A DNA stretch of 64,000 nucleotides from Octopus sinensis (GCF_006345805.1 NC_043018.1:28830001-28894000), one strand, 5' to 3'; shown: positions 39,497 to 53,154, counted from the first letter of the stretch. The notes: a model not told the origin generated them from the letters alone. Numbers and translations: made by a program.

Positions 39497-42400
39497 GTGG
39501 TGGCTATTCACATTGGTTGTTTAAATGTTCATGGCCTGTTGTCAAGCTGGAAGCAAGGACGCTTTCTGAATGACATCAGGTCGAGAAATTTGGATGTAAT
39601 TGTTGCAACGGAAACCCGGGTGAAGGGGCCAAGAGATCTGCTCCCCCTCCTGAACGGCTACGAGAAATACGTTTCTCCGAGTCGGGCGGGAGGTGGGGGT
39701 GGGGTGTTGGTCCTACTAAAAAGAAACCGGGTAGCCGAGAAAAAGTTGGTTTTTTCTGACCCAGAAGGCAGGCTGGTCGTTCTCGACTTGACATTCAGTT
39801 GTGGCAAGACAATCAGGCTGGTCGCTATTTATACACCAAACATTATTGGCCCGCAAACTGAATATTTTCGTGGCCTAGGAAAGTTCCTAGCCACGTCGCA
39901 TTCACTAGTAGTGTTAGGAGACTCTAATACAATATGTGCAGCACACACAGATTGTGTTGGCTCAAACTCGAACATGAACAGAAAATGTAACACAGGCTTT
40001 CGGGATCTGCTAAGTCAATTTCAGCTAGCAGATCCATATAGGTTGGAGCACCCGAACACTCCACAGTGGACGTGGTCAAATAGTGACGGGTCTACCAGAA
40101 CATATCTAGATAGGATTTTAATTAGAGAAAAAGATAAGTCCATAGTTGAGTGTCCGCAGTTTTTTCTAGTCAGCTACAGTGACCACAAGATGGTTACCTG
40201 TAAACTGACGGTAGATAAGTTGCATAGACAGGGATCTGGCTACTGGAAACTCAATACGTCTCTTTTGGCGATTGAGGAGTACAGAAAGCGGATCAAGATG
40301 TTAATACAGAGGGCATTAACAGGTACCATCATTAATAACAAATGGTGGTACGCCCTAAAAAGAGCCATCAAATATGAGTCTATTAGGTTTAGCATAAGTT
40401 TAGCTAAGAAGGGACGTAAAATAGGAGATGGTCTAGTTAAGGAACTAGAAGAAGCCTGGAGGACTGGTAATACAGACCAAGCGAGGGTGAAAAGACTGGA
40501 GTTAAACCAGCATCTTGAAGCCCACCACATGGGAAGTATTACCAGAGCTAAGTTACGTGCAATGGGAAGTGAAGGAATCAAAGCCGCTGGATGGGCCCGA
40601 GTGGTGGAAGCTCGGCAAGGAAATAGTTCCTCTATTCGGTCTTTGACGAATCAAAATGGTGTCTTGATAAACGAACCCGAGAAAATGTGTGAGGTCTTTC
40701 GGGAGTACTTCGCCCAGCTGTTCGGGGTTGACGGCGGTCCTGGTGGTGGGAGAGCCCTCGAGGACTTTCTTACCGGGCTGCCGTGCCTCTCGGGGTCGGA
40801 TGCGGAGTCTTGCGAAGGGCCAATCACACTTGAGGAGGTGATGGAGGCTTTGGCCGATTGTAAAGCGGGTAAGTCACCGGGACTTGATGGTCTTCCGTAC
40901 GAGCTGTATAAATGTATGCCAGACTTGTTCGGGCAACTACTGACTGACGTGTACGCGAACTGGAAACAGAATGGGTTTATCCCCAGATCTGTGCGCCGGG
41001 GAGTAGTGACGTTGGTCAGAAAGGACCCGGACAAGGGGGACGTTCTAGAGAATTTCAGGCCCATCACTCTGTTAAACGCAAGGTTCTAGCAAAGGTTCTA
41101 GCAAAAAGGTTGGCGCGTGTCGCGAATGGTATAGTCGGGGAGGCACAGACATGTGCCATCCCAGGCAGAACCATTCAGGATACCCTCCATCTTATTCGCT
41201 ATACCATAGAGAGGTTTGGTAATAAATCTGGCAAAGGTGGGGCATTGGTGCATTTGGACCAGTCTAAAGCTTTTGATAGGGTTGACCATCGATACCTAGC
41301 GACTGTACTTGCGCGGTTTGGCCTGGGCCTTGGCTTCCTCAGGTGGTTTATCGCTTTGTACCACAACATTGACACGATAGTTCGGGTGAACGGTTTCCTT
41401 TCGAAGCCGTTCTGCATCAGACGCTCGGTTCGTCAAGGATGTCCGCTTTCACCACTTTTGTATGTGATGGCTCTCGAGCCATTACTGCAAAGGTTGGGTG
41501 GCATCCCGAGAGAACCAGGACTAGAGGAGTTTGTTACGGCTTTCGCGGATGATATCACTATCAGTGTAACCACAGTGGTACGCCTACGTGAAGTAGGTAA
41601 GACTATTGAGGCTTACGAGGAGGTAGCAGGAGCAAAGATTAACCGGGAAAAGTCGGTCGGCTTGCAGCTCGGCACCTGGGTTGGCAAGTCGATGCCTTCA
41701 GACAGTGTTGTTAGGCGCTGGACGGAGGGACCGGTTAAGTTGCTGGGAGTCTGGTTTGGACCAGGCCTCCAGATAGAGAAGAACTGGACGGAGGTATTGA
41801 GCAGGGTGGCTGCAGTAGTCAAGACTTGGTCTTGGCGGTGGCTATCCCTGAAAGGGAGGGCGGAAGTGGCCAATGTGTTTATCGCATCGGTCATTACCTA
41901 CCGCCTGACTGTCGTGCCCTGTCCGGATTCGTGGTTGATCAGGTTGGAGAGACAGCTCTTTCGCTTTTTGTGGAAGGGCAGGTCGCCACTTGTGAAACGC
42001 TCTGTCTGCTGTCAAAAGCCTTTAAATGGAGGTTTAGGGATGCCTTGGTTAATGATGCGCAGACATGCGTTGAGGTTGAGGCACCTCTGGATTCTCCTGG
42101 ATAGTGAACGGGTGTGGTCTCCGCTGGCCAGACAAATATTCCCTGAGTTCAAGAGTTTTTGCGAACAGGAAGCCTGGTGTTCTCGTAGACCGAGGTCGAG
42201 TGAGTGGCATAAAGAGTGCCGTAAGGCCCTCTTGCTGTTCCGGCGCTCGGGCAACGCCAGCGGTGGGGGTTCCACACGGATTTTATATAGTGGGTTGGTA
42301 GAGTCTGAATGCGACGATGGCCTGGGGTCGACTCTAGGTCTCGGATTTATTCAACTGGACAGCTTGTTTCATCGTACATTCGGGTTGAGAACGTTGGACA

Positions 42401-42894
42401 ACTTCCAAAAGTCCTTAACCTGGCAATGCTACAGAGGTGCCTTGCCCGTTTGGGATAAGCTCGCAAGACATGGTAAACGTCAGTCGCCGACCTGTCCAAG
42501 ATGCGGTGGGGACAGGGAAACCGTCCCTCACGCTATTGTTCAGTGTCCGGAGATAACTGAAATGTGGGCTTATGCTGAACATCTGTTGTCCGGCGAAGGA
42601 AGAGTACGGCTGTCGACTGAGTCAATTATAAAAATTGACCCACCGGGAGTTCTAACGAACGAAGGTAAGAATTGTTTTCTCACGGTTGTAGCAATAGCAA
42701 AAGAGGCTGTATGGAATACTAGGATAAAAGGAATTAAGACAGGCAACTTTATCTCTGGTGACAATTTACGATCCTTTTTTTCTTTTCATTTGAAAAGGAA
42801 ACTGTGGCTGGAGAAGAGGTGTCTGTCAGAGTGTACGTTCCAAAAGAGATGGAAGTATGTTGCACGAGTGTTGTGCGTGCAAGGAACCGTGTGA
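39497..42894 (+). CDS. Family 2 ORF2 (APE, RT, zf-RVT-like), one frameshift near 41080
   Basis: [86 protein letters not shown]; LNA[DLK] region shortened by about 7 bp. Confidence 0.92.
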
Positions 42895-43139
42895 ATAGAC
42901 GAGGAAAAAAAAAAAGGAAAAATAAAAAGGTATCAGCGGTAGATCGGGGCTTGTGGGATCGGAGCGTAACTTGATCATCGCTTCATTTGTATTGTTTTTG
43001 TACTGTGTATTCCATTCGATTTTTATGTATTGTATTTTATTTTTGATGTCACATTTATGTAAAATCATATCGATTCACTGATCCCATCAGTTGTACTGTC
43101 CATATCTATGTTTGGCCCCCGGTGGGAAATAAAGAAATT

Positions 43140-43507
43140 GGTATTTCGACTGCCGTTATGTTCTGAGTTCAAATTCCACCGAGGTCGACTTTGCCTTTCA
43201 TCCTTTCGGGGTCGATAAAGTAAGTACCAGTTACACACTGAGGTCGATGTAATCGACTTAATCCGTTTGTCTGTCCTTGTTTGTCCCCTCTATGTTTAGC
43301 CCCTTGTGGGTAATAAAGAAATAGGTATTTCGTCTGCCGTTACGTTCTGAGTTCAAATTCCACCGAGGTCGACTTTATCTTTCATCCTTTCGGTGTCGAT
43401 AAAGTAAGTACCAGTTACGCAGTGGGGTCGATGTAATCGACTTAATCCGTTTGTCTGTCCTTGTTTGTCCCCTCTGTGTTTAGCCCCTTGTGGGTAGTAA
43501 AGAAATA
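43140..43507 (+). mobile_element. 3' part of the host SINE alpha: two tandem 184-bp modules
   Basis: 43140-43323 and 43324-43507, each GGTATTTCG...AAAGAAATA; closing TSD GGTAAGACT at 43508-43516. Confidence 0.93.
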
Positions 43508-44240
43508 GGTAAGACTTATACACGATTAAATATGGTATTTTCTCGCTTGACTCTACAACCAGATCAAAGAAAGCGCCAGTTGAGCCTCTAATTTTCCTAT
43601 TTGAAAAACTAGGCTGTTTACTCGATTTCATCTCTGCATTGCAGAGTAACGAAACATTCGTTAAGTAGGAATCGGCAGGTGTGATAGATAAGTACATAGA
43701 TATGAGAGATGCAGATAAATATGTAGACAGGTATATGTTATAAAGATATACAGGTAGATATAAAGATAGATAGGTAGTTATATCATAAGTTGTAATTATA
43801 TCTAGAGTTGCAAAGTATTAAAAAAAAATAGGTCATCAATTTCGTGGTGTTGGATGGAGTAAGTCGATTACACCGACTTCGGGGCTCAACTGGTGATTGT
43901 TTTATCGGTCCCGGAAAGATGAAAGGCAAAGTGGTACTGTCACAAGATATGCGCAGTCAACCGTGTTAGCCTTAACTTACGCTGCCATACATTGTTTCTT
44001 GATACTAAGATACGGACCTAATCTGAGCCTTGAACTCCTTATAAAAATAGGGCAAGCCCCGAACGCTAGTCAGAAGCAAGACAGCTGCGACGTAAGTCAC
44101 GTCTAATTATATTTCAAGTTTTAGAAAATCAGTGAAAACTGTGAAATCGGTTAAATCTTTAAATATAATAATAAAAAAATATTCTATTTGCAGTGCATTT
44201 TCAACTTCTATTTTTTCCTATATATATATATATATATTTA

Positions 44241-46320
44241 TAACAATTAAGGAACGGCCATAATAGGCCATTCACCCACTAGAAATAACAGCCAAAGCTT
44301 CTACCGCAAATAAAGATTAATTCCGTAAACAGGAGAAAATTAAAAAAACATTTACCCTGTAATTTCTTGTACGGTATACCGTTTCATCCGCTGTTTAATG
44401 GTAAACTAACATGATTAAATTAAATCAAGCCAATCTTCCATAAGCCCTCGGATTCTTCAGCAAGAAATAGCTCAAGTCGGAACAGATATTTACACGAGGC
44501 ATACCCAATCTTGCCAAGTCAATATCTGACCTAAAATTTTCAAATCGTCGCACTCGCGCCAAATTTATCGGCAGCAAATAAATATCAGCCGTCGATTCCA
44601 TTACGGAATTAACCAAAAAATTCATAATTAATCAATATAGGGTGGCAAGGAAAATTTTGTAGAATTTTATTGCCACCAGCGGCCAGTGGGAAAAAATTAA
44701 ATAGTCATAGACCATTTTTAAGTTCAACAATAACAATTAAGGAACGGCCATAATAGGCCATTCACCCACTAGAAATAACAGCCAAAGCTTCTACCGCAAA
44801 TAAAGATTAATTCCGTAAACAGGAGAAAATTAAAAAAACATTTACCCTGTAATTTCTTGTACGGTATACCGTTTCATCCGCTGTTAATGGTAAACTAACA
44901 TGATTAAATTAAATCAAGCCAATCTTCCATAAGCCCTCGGATTCTTCAGCAAGAAATAGCTCAAGTCGGAACAGATATTTACACGAGGCATACCCAATCT
45001 TGCCAAGTCAATATCTGACCTAAAATTTTCAAATCGTCGCACTCGCGCCAATTTATCGGCAGCAAATAAATATCAGCCGTCGATTCCATTACGGAATTAA
45101 CCAAAAAATTCATAATTAATCAATATAGGGTGGCAAGGAAAATTTTGTAGAATTTTATTGCCACCAGCGGCCCAGTGGAAAAAATTAAATAGTCATAGAC
45201 CATTTTTAAGTTCAACAATAACAATTAAGGAACGGCCATAATAGGCCATTCACCCACTAGAAATAACAGCCAAAGCTTCTACCGCAAATAAAGATTAATT
45301 CCGTAAACAGGAGAAAATTAAAAAAACATTTACCCTGTAATTTCTTGTACGGTATACCGTTTCATCCGCTGTTTAATGGTAAACTAACATGATTAAATTA
45401 AATCAAGCCAATCTTCCATAAGCCCTCGGATTCTTCAGCAAGAAATAGCTCAAGTCGGAACAGATATTTACACGAGGCATACCCAATCTTGCCAAGTCAA
45501 TATCTGACCTAAAATTTTCAAATCGTCGCACTCGCGCCAAATTTATCGGCAGCAAATAAATATCAGCCGTCGATTCCATTACGGAATTAACCAAAAAATT
45601 CATAATTAATCAATATAGGGTGGCAAGGAAAATTTTGTAGAATTTTATTGCCACCAGCGGCCCAGTGGGAAAAAATTAAATAGTCATAGACCATTTTTAA
45701 GTTCAACAATAACAATTAAGGAACGGCCATAATAGGCCATTCACCCACTAGAAATAACAGCCAAAGCTTCTACCGCAAATAAAGATTAATTCCGTAAACA
45801 GGAGAAAATTAAAAAAACATTTACCCTGTAATTTCTTGTACGGTATACCGTTTCATCCGCTGTTTAATGGTAAACTAACATGATTAAATTAAATCAAGCC
45901 AATCTTCCATAAGCCCTCGGATTCTTCAGCAAGAAATAGCTCAAGTCGGAACAGATATTTACACGAGGCATACCCAATCTTGCCAAGTCAATATCTGACC
46001 TAAAATTTTCAAATCGTCGCACTCGCGCCAAATTTATCGGCAGCAAATAAATATCAGCCGTCGATTCCATTACGGAATTAACCAAAAAATTCATAATTAA
46101 TCAATATAGGGTGGCAAGGAAAATTTTGTAGAATTTTATTGCCACCAGCGGCCCAGTGGGAAAAAATTAAATAGTCATAGACCATTTTTAAGTTCAACAA
46201 TAACAATTAAGGAACGGCCATAATAGGCCATTCACCCACTAGAAATAACAGCCAAAGCTTCTACCGCAAATAAAGATTAATTCCGTAAACAGGAGAAAAT
46301 TAAAAAAACATTTACCCTGT
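44241..46320. repeat. Tandem array of an about 491-bp unit, 4.2 copies, flanked by (TA)n
   Basis: Unit starts TAACAATTAAGGAACGG at 44241, 44731, 45219, 45710 and 46201; units are near-identical. Confidence 0.97.
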
Positions 46321-46521
46321 ATATATATTTATATATATATTATTTATATATTATACAAAAAAAAGTTCGACGTAAACCCGAAGATTCTACCTTTAAAAAT
46401 GAGTTAAACCTGTTTACTTGTGTGATTTTTTGCTGCTCTGGTAACTATTTTTCTATTTTTTCCGTGTTAATTATCTATCTATCTATCTATCTATCTATAT
46501 ATCTATATGTATCTATGTATG

Positions 46522-46571
<50 letters not shown>

Positions 46572-47129
46572 CATAATGTGTGAATCATTTCGTCCGTCTT
46601 TACTTCTAAGTACAAAATCCGCGAAGGACGACTTCGGAGTCGATAGAATAAGTACCACTTGAGAACTGGAGTCGATATAGTCGACCTACACATTTTCCGT
46701 AATTGCTGACCATTTTTGCCAAAATTTGAAGCCCATATATATATATATAAATATATATATACATATACACATATGTGTGTGTGTGTGTCTGTATGTGTGC
46801 TCCTACTATATCTCCATGTGTGTCTGTGTTTGCATGTATTCCTCAGCTTGATCTTTGCTCATTTATTTTTAATTGCGTTCTGAGAGAAGTTTGAAGAAAA
46901 ACTAAAGCTGTTGATAAAATAATTGAATTTAAGAATGATAGGACAAAGTTCTCCATCTAATCATTATTTTTCATAAGTCAGACTTTCTCGTGGGGAATTA
47001 CTAATATGGCAGGTAATTTTCGAAAGAAATTATTATATTAAATATATAACAACATTTTGCCTTTGTAGGTACGGCAAACTCATTTATAATACCGTATACA
47101 ATAATTAAAAAGTATGTAAAATGGTCGCC

Positions 47130-47692
<563 letters not shown>

Positions 47693-47776
47693 CTTTATTA
47701 ATAAAGCATATTACTCTATCTCCGATATGCGAGTGTTATTTTTTCCACTTTGTTTTACATTTATGTGCTTACTCTG

Positions 47777-47880
<104 letters not shown>

Positions 47881-48096
47881 TATATGCATACAAGCATGTG
47901 CATGTGTGAGCAAGTGAGTGTGTATATTCTTTTATTCGTATATTTGTTTCAGTATATTTGACTGCGGCCATGCTGAAGCACCACCTTTAGTCGAAGAAAT
48001 CGACCCCAGGAATCATCTCTGTAAGCCTATAAACTAAACTAAAGTACATTGGTGTGTCTTTTCTAATTATGCTACCAATCCACTTCCACTTTTTCT

Positions 48097-48157
<61 letters not shown>

Positions 48158-48222
48158 TCTTTTACTTGTTTCAGTTATTTGATTGCAGCCATACTGGAGC
48201 ACCACATTTATTTATGTATATA

Positions 48223-48261
<39 letters not shown>

Positions 48262-48866
48262 CATATATACATATATATATATACATTCGCGTACACAAAT
48301 ATGCATAAGCACATACGTACGTATCTACCTACATACATGCATGCATACATATACATTTATATATCTACCTACCTACTTACCTACCGACCTACATCCATCC
48401 ATCCATCCATCCATCCATATATACATACTTGCATGCATAGAGCCTACCTCCCAAGATCTTGACGTCAAGTTTCACATTTCATTTTCTGAGACGAAACACT
48501 AGAATTGCCAGACACTGCCTAATTAACGAACACAACAAAGGTTAGATTATTTTCCCATAGTTCGATCAACATGACAGTTCTTTTTTTTTTTATATTTCTT
48601 GTTTTTCTTACCTCCTCACCACTCGTCATCCTGTATCCGCCATTAAAGAACCTTAACCCTTCAGCGTACACCTTCACTTCTTTATACACATTTGCATTCA
48701 GTTTTTAGATGCAGATCTGGCAGTGTAGTGTGAAACTTGTTTCGCAATAGCATCATCCCGGGTTCTGTCCCACTGCGTGGTACCTTGAAATGGTGTCTTC
48801 AACCCTAGCCTCGGGCCGACCAAAGCCATGTGAGTGGATTTTTATGATGGAAACTGAAAACCCGTC

Positions 48867-49036
48867 GTGGCTGTGTGGTAAGAAGATTCCTTGCAAACCA
48901 CATGGTTCCGGGTTCAGTCCCACTGCGTAACACCTTGGCATGTGTCTTCTACTATAGTCTCGGGTCGACCAAAGCCTTGTGAGTGCATTTGGTAGCGGAA
49001 ACAGAAAGAAGCCCATCGTGTGTGTGTGTGTGTGTG

Positions 49037-49069
<33 letters not shown>

Positions 49070-49265
49070 AATTCTGAGTCTGTGTTTGTCCCCCACACCA
49101 TCGCTTGACAACCGATGTTGGTGTGTTTACGTTCCCGTAGCTTAGCGGTTCAGCAAAAGAGATAGCTAGGATAAATAGCAGTACTTGAAAAAGTACTGGA
49201 GTCGATTCATTCGACTAAAACCCTACAAAGCGGTGCTCCAGCATGGCCACGATCTAATGAACAAA
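48867..49265 (+). mobile_element. SINE beta (preceded by a degenerate second head at about 48720-48860)
   Basis: Head, internal (TG)n and tail GCGGTGCTCCAGCATGGCC. Confidence 0.75.
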
Positions 49266-50423
49266 GGTAAAAAAAAATTATTTACAAGCAAATTCGTGGA
49301 GACGTACACGCACTGCTCACTACTGCAGTGACTGAACTTTTAACATAAAGACGCTTAGATAAACATATCATAATGTCTACCGCCTTAGGTTGGAAATTAT
49401 TTTGATATCTTACACAGACAGAAGGCCACGGATATTTTTAGAAAAGAAGCAATCGATTATATCGATATCGGAAAGATGAAAGGTAAAAGTGAGCTCAGAT
49501 AGGGTCTGAGATAAGAAAGTAAAGGAATGTTATATCGATTCTTCTTTCAAACATCTAAAATTAACTTTTAACTAAAAACAACAGACTTACTTTATCTAAG
49601 TCAATGAGAATTCACGCAGAGTTTAAGATCTAATCGGCGTCTACGCAGAACTGTCTTCAAAGAGATGGAACTGAAACCGTAAAATACTCTAGACTGCCCA
49701 GCTGATTGCTTATTACTGTGTGACCAGCATCATACTTTGGTGAAGTATAATTGAAATGGAATCATTTTGCGGATAGAATATGTGACATTTTCTCTTGGGG
49801 ATATAATTTAAAATATTGTATAGTTATTTGTTAAAAAATAGACATTGCCTCTGAAGACAAAGTAATATATAAAATATTACAAAGTAAAATTAATAGATAT
49901 GAAAATGATAAATGGAACTTTTTCTCTTTGTTCTAATAATTAATATTGTTATTGTGTCGAGCTTTATAATTAATATTTACAGTGAGATATATAATTAATA
50001 TTTGCAGTGAGATATTAACAACAATAAGAATATGCCATATTTGTTTGCAAGAGTATGTATGTCTGTGGTGTGTGTGTATGTGTGTGTGTTTCTTTGTGGT
50101 TACGTATTCATATGAATGAAATAAGTTTATGTAGGTGAAAGCATCAATGCGCATGCGCACGTGTGTCAGCAGCTAACGATATTTTTTATCTATACCATGG
50201 TTTCCAAAAGGTAACTGAGTGTGATTAAACATTTTTGCAGATGTGAAGTAATGTCAGGAACGATAATCAAAATATCGGATACGTATGGGTCATGTGATGT
50301 GCGAAGTCTTCCTTCGGGGATCTTGGGTGCAAGTGCTGTACGCAAAAATTAGGGACCCACGCCGATCGGAATATGAGAAAATTATATCAAGGAATCCGTG
50401 GACGTCCTGGGCCCAGTGACGCG

Positions 50424-50645
50424 CTACTCAAAGTATCTTGTCATTAGGGAATCATGATGTAAATCGGACGTCCTAGACTCAGTAGAACATTTATGGTTGA
50501 CAAGTAGAAATTCCTGTGTGTGTCGATAAGCAGAGATTAGCTCTGATCTTTTGTTCATGGTAGTTATGGAATGATACCACAATGCAATTTGTTCACTAAA
50601 CACAGCACAAATATTGCTTTTCTTTGTTTGGTTCCACATTTAAAG
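50424..50645 (-). pseudogene. Probable Penelope-like element remnant (GIY-YIG endonuclease C-terminus)
   Basis: TKKSNIC...SEQIALW...MNKRSELISAYRH..EFLL resembles the PLE CxLCxxEK...NKRSELISxCRH motif (recalled, not searched). Confidence 0.55.
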
Positions 50646-51235
50646 GCTTACAGTTCAATCATTCACTGACATTTATCATGGGCTTCTTTTAGTTTCACAC
50701 CCACCAAAACAACACACAAGGCTTTGGTCGGCCAGAAGCTATATCTGAAGACACTTGCCTAAGGTGTCACGCAGTGGGACTGAACCTGAAACGATGTGAG
50801 TGGGAAGCAAGCCTCTTACCACACAACCACACTTACGTCCATGGAAAAGATTGTAAAGAAGTGGTATAGGTTTTGGTACCGCCATTCTTCTTTGAACTAA
50901 ATAAGATATAAATTTTTGTGAGGAACAAAATTAAGTGCATAATTTATCAAGATATAGGTTCGGGCTAAATTGACATGCTAAGACGAGTGTTGTCATGTTG
51001 GGCTACAGTGACTTACTGAAGGTTCACTACAGAAAAGGGGCAATTTATTTTATCACATTCAAATCTCGCAGGAATCAGCTTTACATTTTACGCTTCCGGG
51101 GTCGAAATGTTGAAGCATGCGGCCGGTGGATTGGCAAAAAATATTAGTGCTGCTTGTTCCAACTCTTTTTGTTGTCAATTCGTCTGCGACAACATTGGTG
51201 TTATTTTATTTTTTAGCTGTAATGGCCTACTTTGT

Positions 51236-51590
51236 GTGAAGGTACGTAGCTTAGTGGTTAGGGTATTCGACTCACGAACGTCATGTCATGAGTTCAATTT
51301 CCTACGGCGCTTTGAATCCTTGAGCAAGATTATTTCACGTTTTTTTCACGTTGTATCGTTGAGCAAGATTTTTTCACGTTTTTTTCACGTTGCCCCAGGT
51401 CATCCAGCTAACAAAAATGAGTAGTACGTGTAATTCAAAGGGTCTGTCTTGCCACATTCTGTATCATTATGAATCTCCCTGGGAACTACGTTAAGGGTAC
51501 ACGTGTCTGTGGAGTGCTCAGCCGCGTAAGCTGTTCCGCTGATCGGATCAACTGGAACTCATGTCATCGTAAGCGACGGAATGCCCGTAT
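51236..51590 (+). mobile_element. Another tRNA-derived SINE (different family), with an internal about 39-bp duplication
   Basis: GTAGCTTAGTGGTTAGGGTATTCGACTCAC...GAGTTCAATT head; TTGAGCAAGATT.TTTCACGTTT occurs twice. Confidence 0.55.
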
Positions 51591-51730
51591 TAAATGGCTT
51601 ACTTTACGTTGTCTTTGTATAATATCGGTGATATAGAGAAGAGAGACTTACGTATGAGCAAAAGCATTTATAAAAAAAAAATAAAAAAATAAAAAAAAAA
51701 AAAAATAAATAAATAAAACGAGTGGCATGA

Positions 51731-52155
51731 GGCGCAGGAGTGGCTGTGTGGTAAGTAACTTGTTTACCAACCACATGGTTCCGGGTTCAGTCCCACTGCG
51801 TGGCACCTTGGGCAAGTGTCTTCTACTATAGTCTCGGGCTGACCAAAGCATTGTGAGTGGATTTGGTAGACGGAAACTGAAAGAAGCCCGTCGTATATAT
51901 GTATATATGTATATATATATGTGTGTGTATATGTTTGTGTGTCTGTGTTTGTCCCCCTAGCATTGCTTGACAACCAATGCTGGTGTGTTTACGTCCCCGT
52001 CACTTAGCGGTTCGGCAAAAAATAGACCGATAGAATAAGTACTAGGCTTACAAAGAATAAGTCCCGGGGTCGATTTGCTCGACTAAAAGCGGTGCTCTAG
52101 CATGGCCGCAGTCAGATGACTGAAACAAGTAAAAGAGTAAAAAGAGTAAAGAGTT
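51731..52155 (+). mobile_element. SINE beta, full-length
   Basis: GGCGCAGGAGTGGCTGTGTGG head through (AAAGAGT)n tail. Confidence 0.9.
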
Positions 52156-52689
52156 ACTTAGACCCGTTCAGCAAAAGAAGCTCTCCAACAACTTCCTGCA
52201 GTGATCTAAGAGGGAGGTTTGGCTGATGTTTCTAGTACGTTGAACGGTCAGGATAAACCACTGCCTACGTAGCATTGACTACAGTGGATATCAAATGTAC
52301 ACAAGAGTTTCAAGCGGATAAACTTGCTAACTATGGAGACCCGTAAGGCCAATAAAGAGCTGACATATACAAACGTATAACAAAGAGAAACGATAAGATG
52401 TGAACAAATTAAGTTAAATGTTACGCTGGTTAACACGTTTGTGCTGATTTACCTTGACTTCCGTAGCTAGGATTGCATCCAACCTATTACCATCCGCATC
52501 ACAGAATCTAATTAATACAATGCTATTAATTATAGGAAACTATTAAATTGCTAATTATAAACAGAGTTAGTTAATGAGGTATTTTGATCTTTACAACAAC
52601 ATATGGTATGCAAATAACGGGATGTTTTAATGCATGTCGCAGATTATGAGTGCATATGTGTCAATACGAGAGTGCGTTAATCTCTTTAT

Positions 52690-53045
52690 CATTTGTTTCT
52701 TTCACACATTGGAAGAGGCCATTCTGGGGCACCGTCTTGCAGAATTTTAGTCGAACAAACCGACCCTATGATTTCATTCTTTTAAAGCCTGGTATTTATA
52801 CTGCTCCCCCTTTGCCGAACTGCTAAGTTACGAGACCGTGAATAGAATGACGTCGATTGTCAAGCGTTGGTGGGAGCAACCACAAACACAAAGACACACA
52901 CATACACACACATACACATACACATATAGACATACGACGGAATTAATTCAGTTTACGTCTACAAAATCGATTTACAAGGCTTTGGTGGCTACGGGGTTAT
53001 AAAAGACACTTGCCCAAGGTGCCATACAGTGGGACTGAACCACAT
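52690..53045 (-). mobile_element. SINE beta, degenerate
   Basis: Reverse-complement tail and head segments are recognisable. Confidence 0.65.
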
Positions 53046-53116
53046 AGCTTAGCACACACACACATACACACATACACATACACACACATGTTTTCTCTCC
53101 TTGTTTTTTCCGTGAA

Positions 53117-53154
53117 TCTTTCTGTAGAAGAGCGTAGGCTCGAAACGTAAAAGA
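53117..53154 (+). ncRNA. Penelope-type minimal hammerhead motif (one core mismatch)
   Basis: Stem I UCUUU/AAAGA, CUGuAGA+A, stem II GAGC-GUAG-GCUC, GAAAC-GUA. Confidence 0.5.

Larger units (their letters stand above)
37795..43139 (+). mobile_element. Full-length Tx1/L1-clade LINE family 2 (5.35 kb) inserted in a SINE
   Basis: 16-bp TSD GGTATTTCGACTGCCG at 37779-37794 and 43140-43155; ORF1 and ORF2; ends AATAAAGAAATT with no poly(A). Confidence 0.96.

Noticed and set aside
44425-44625. 66-aa ORF repeated in the tandem array
   Set aside because: No recognisable domain; broken by a 1-bp deletion in unit 2.
44358-44729. TGTAA...CAACA segment in the 491-bp unit suggesting an LTR/TRIM
   Set aside because: No PBS or polypurine tract next to it, and the array begins and ends in the other segment.
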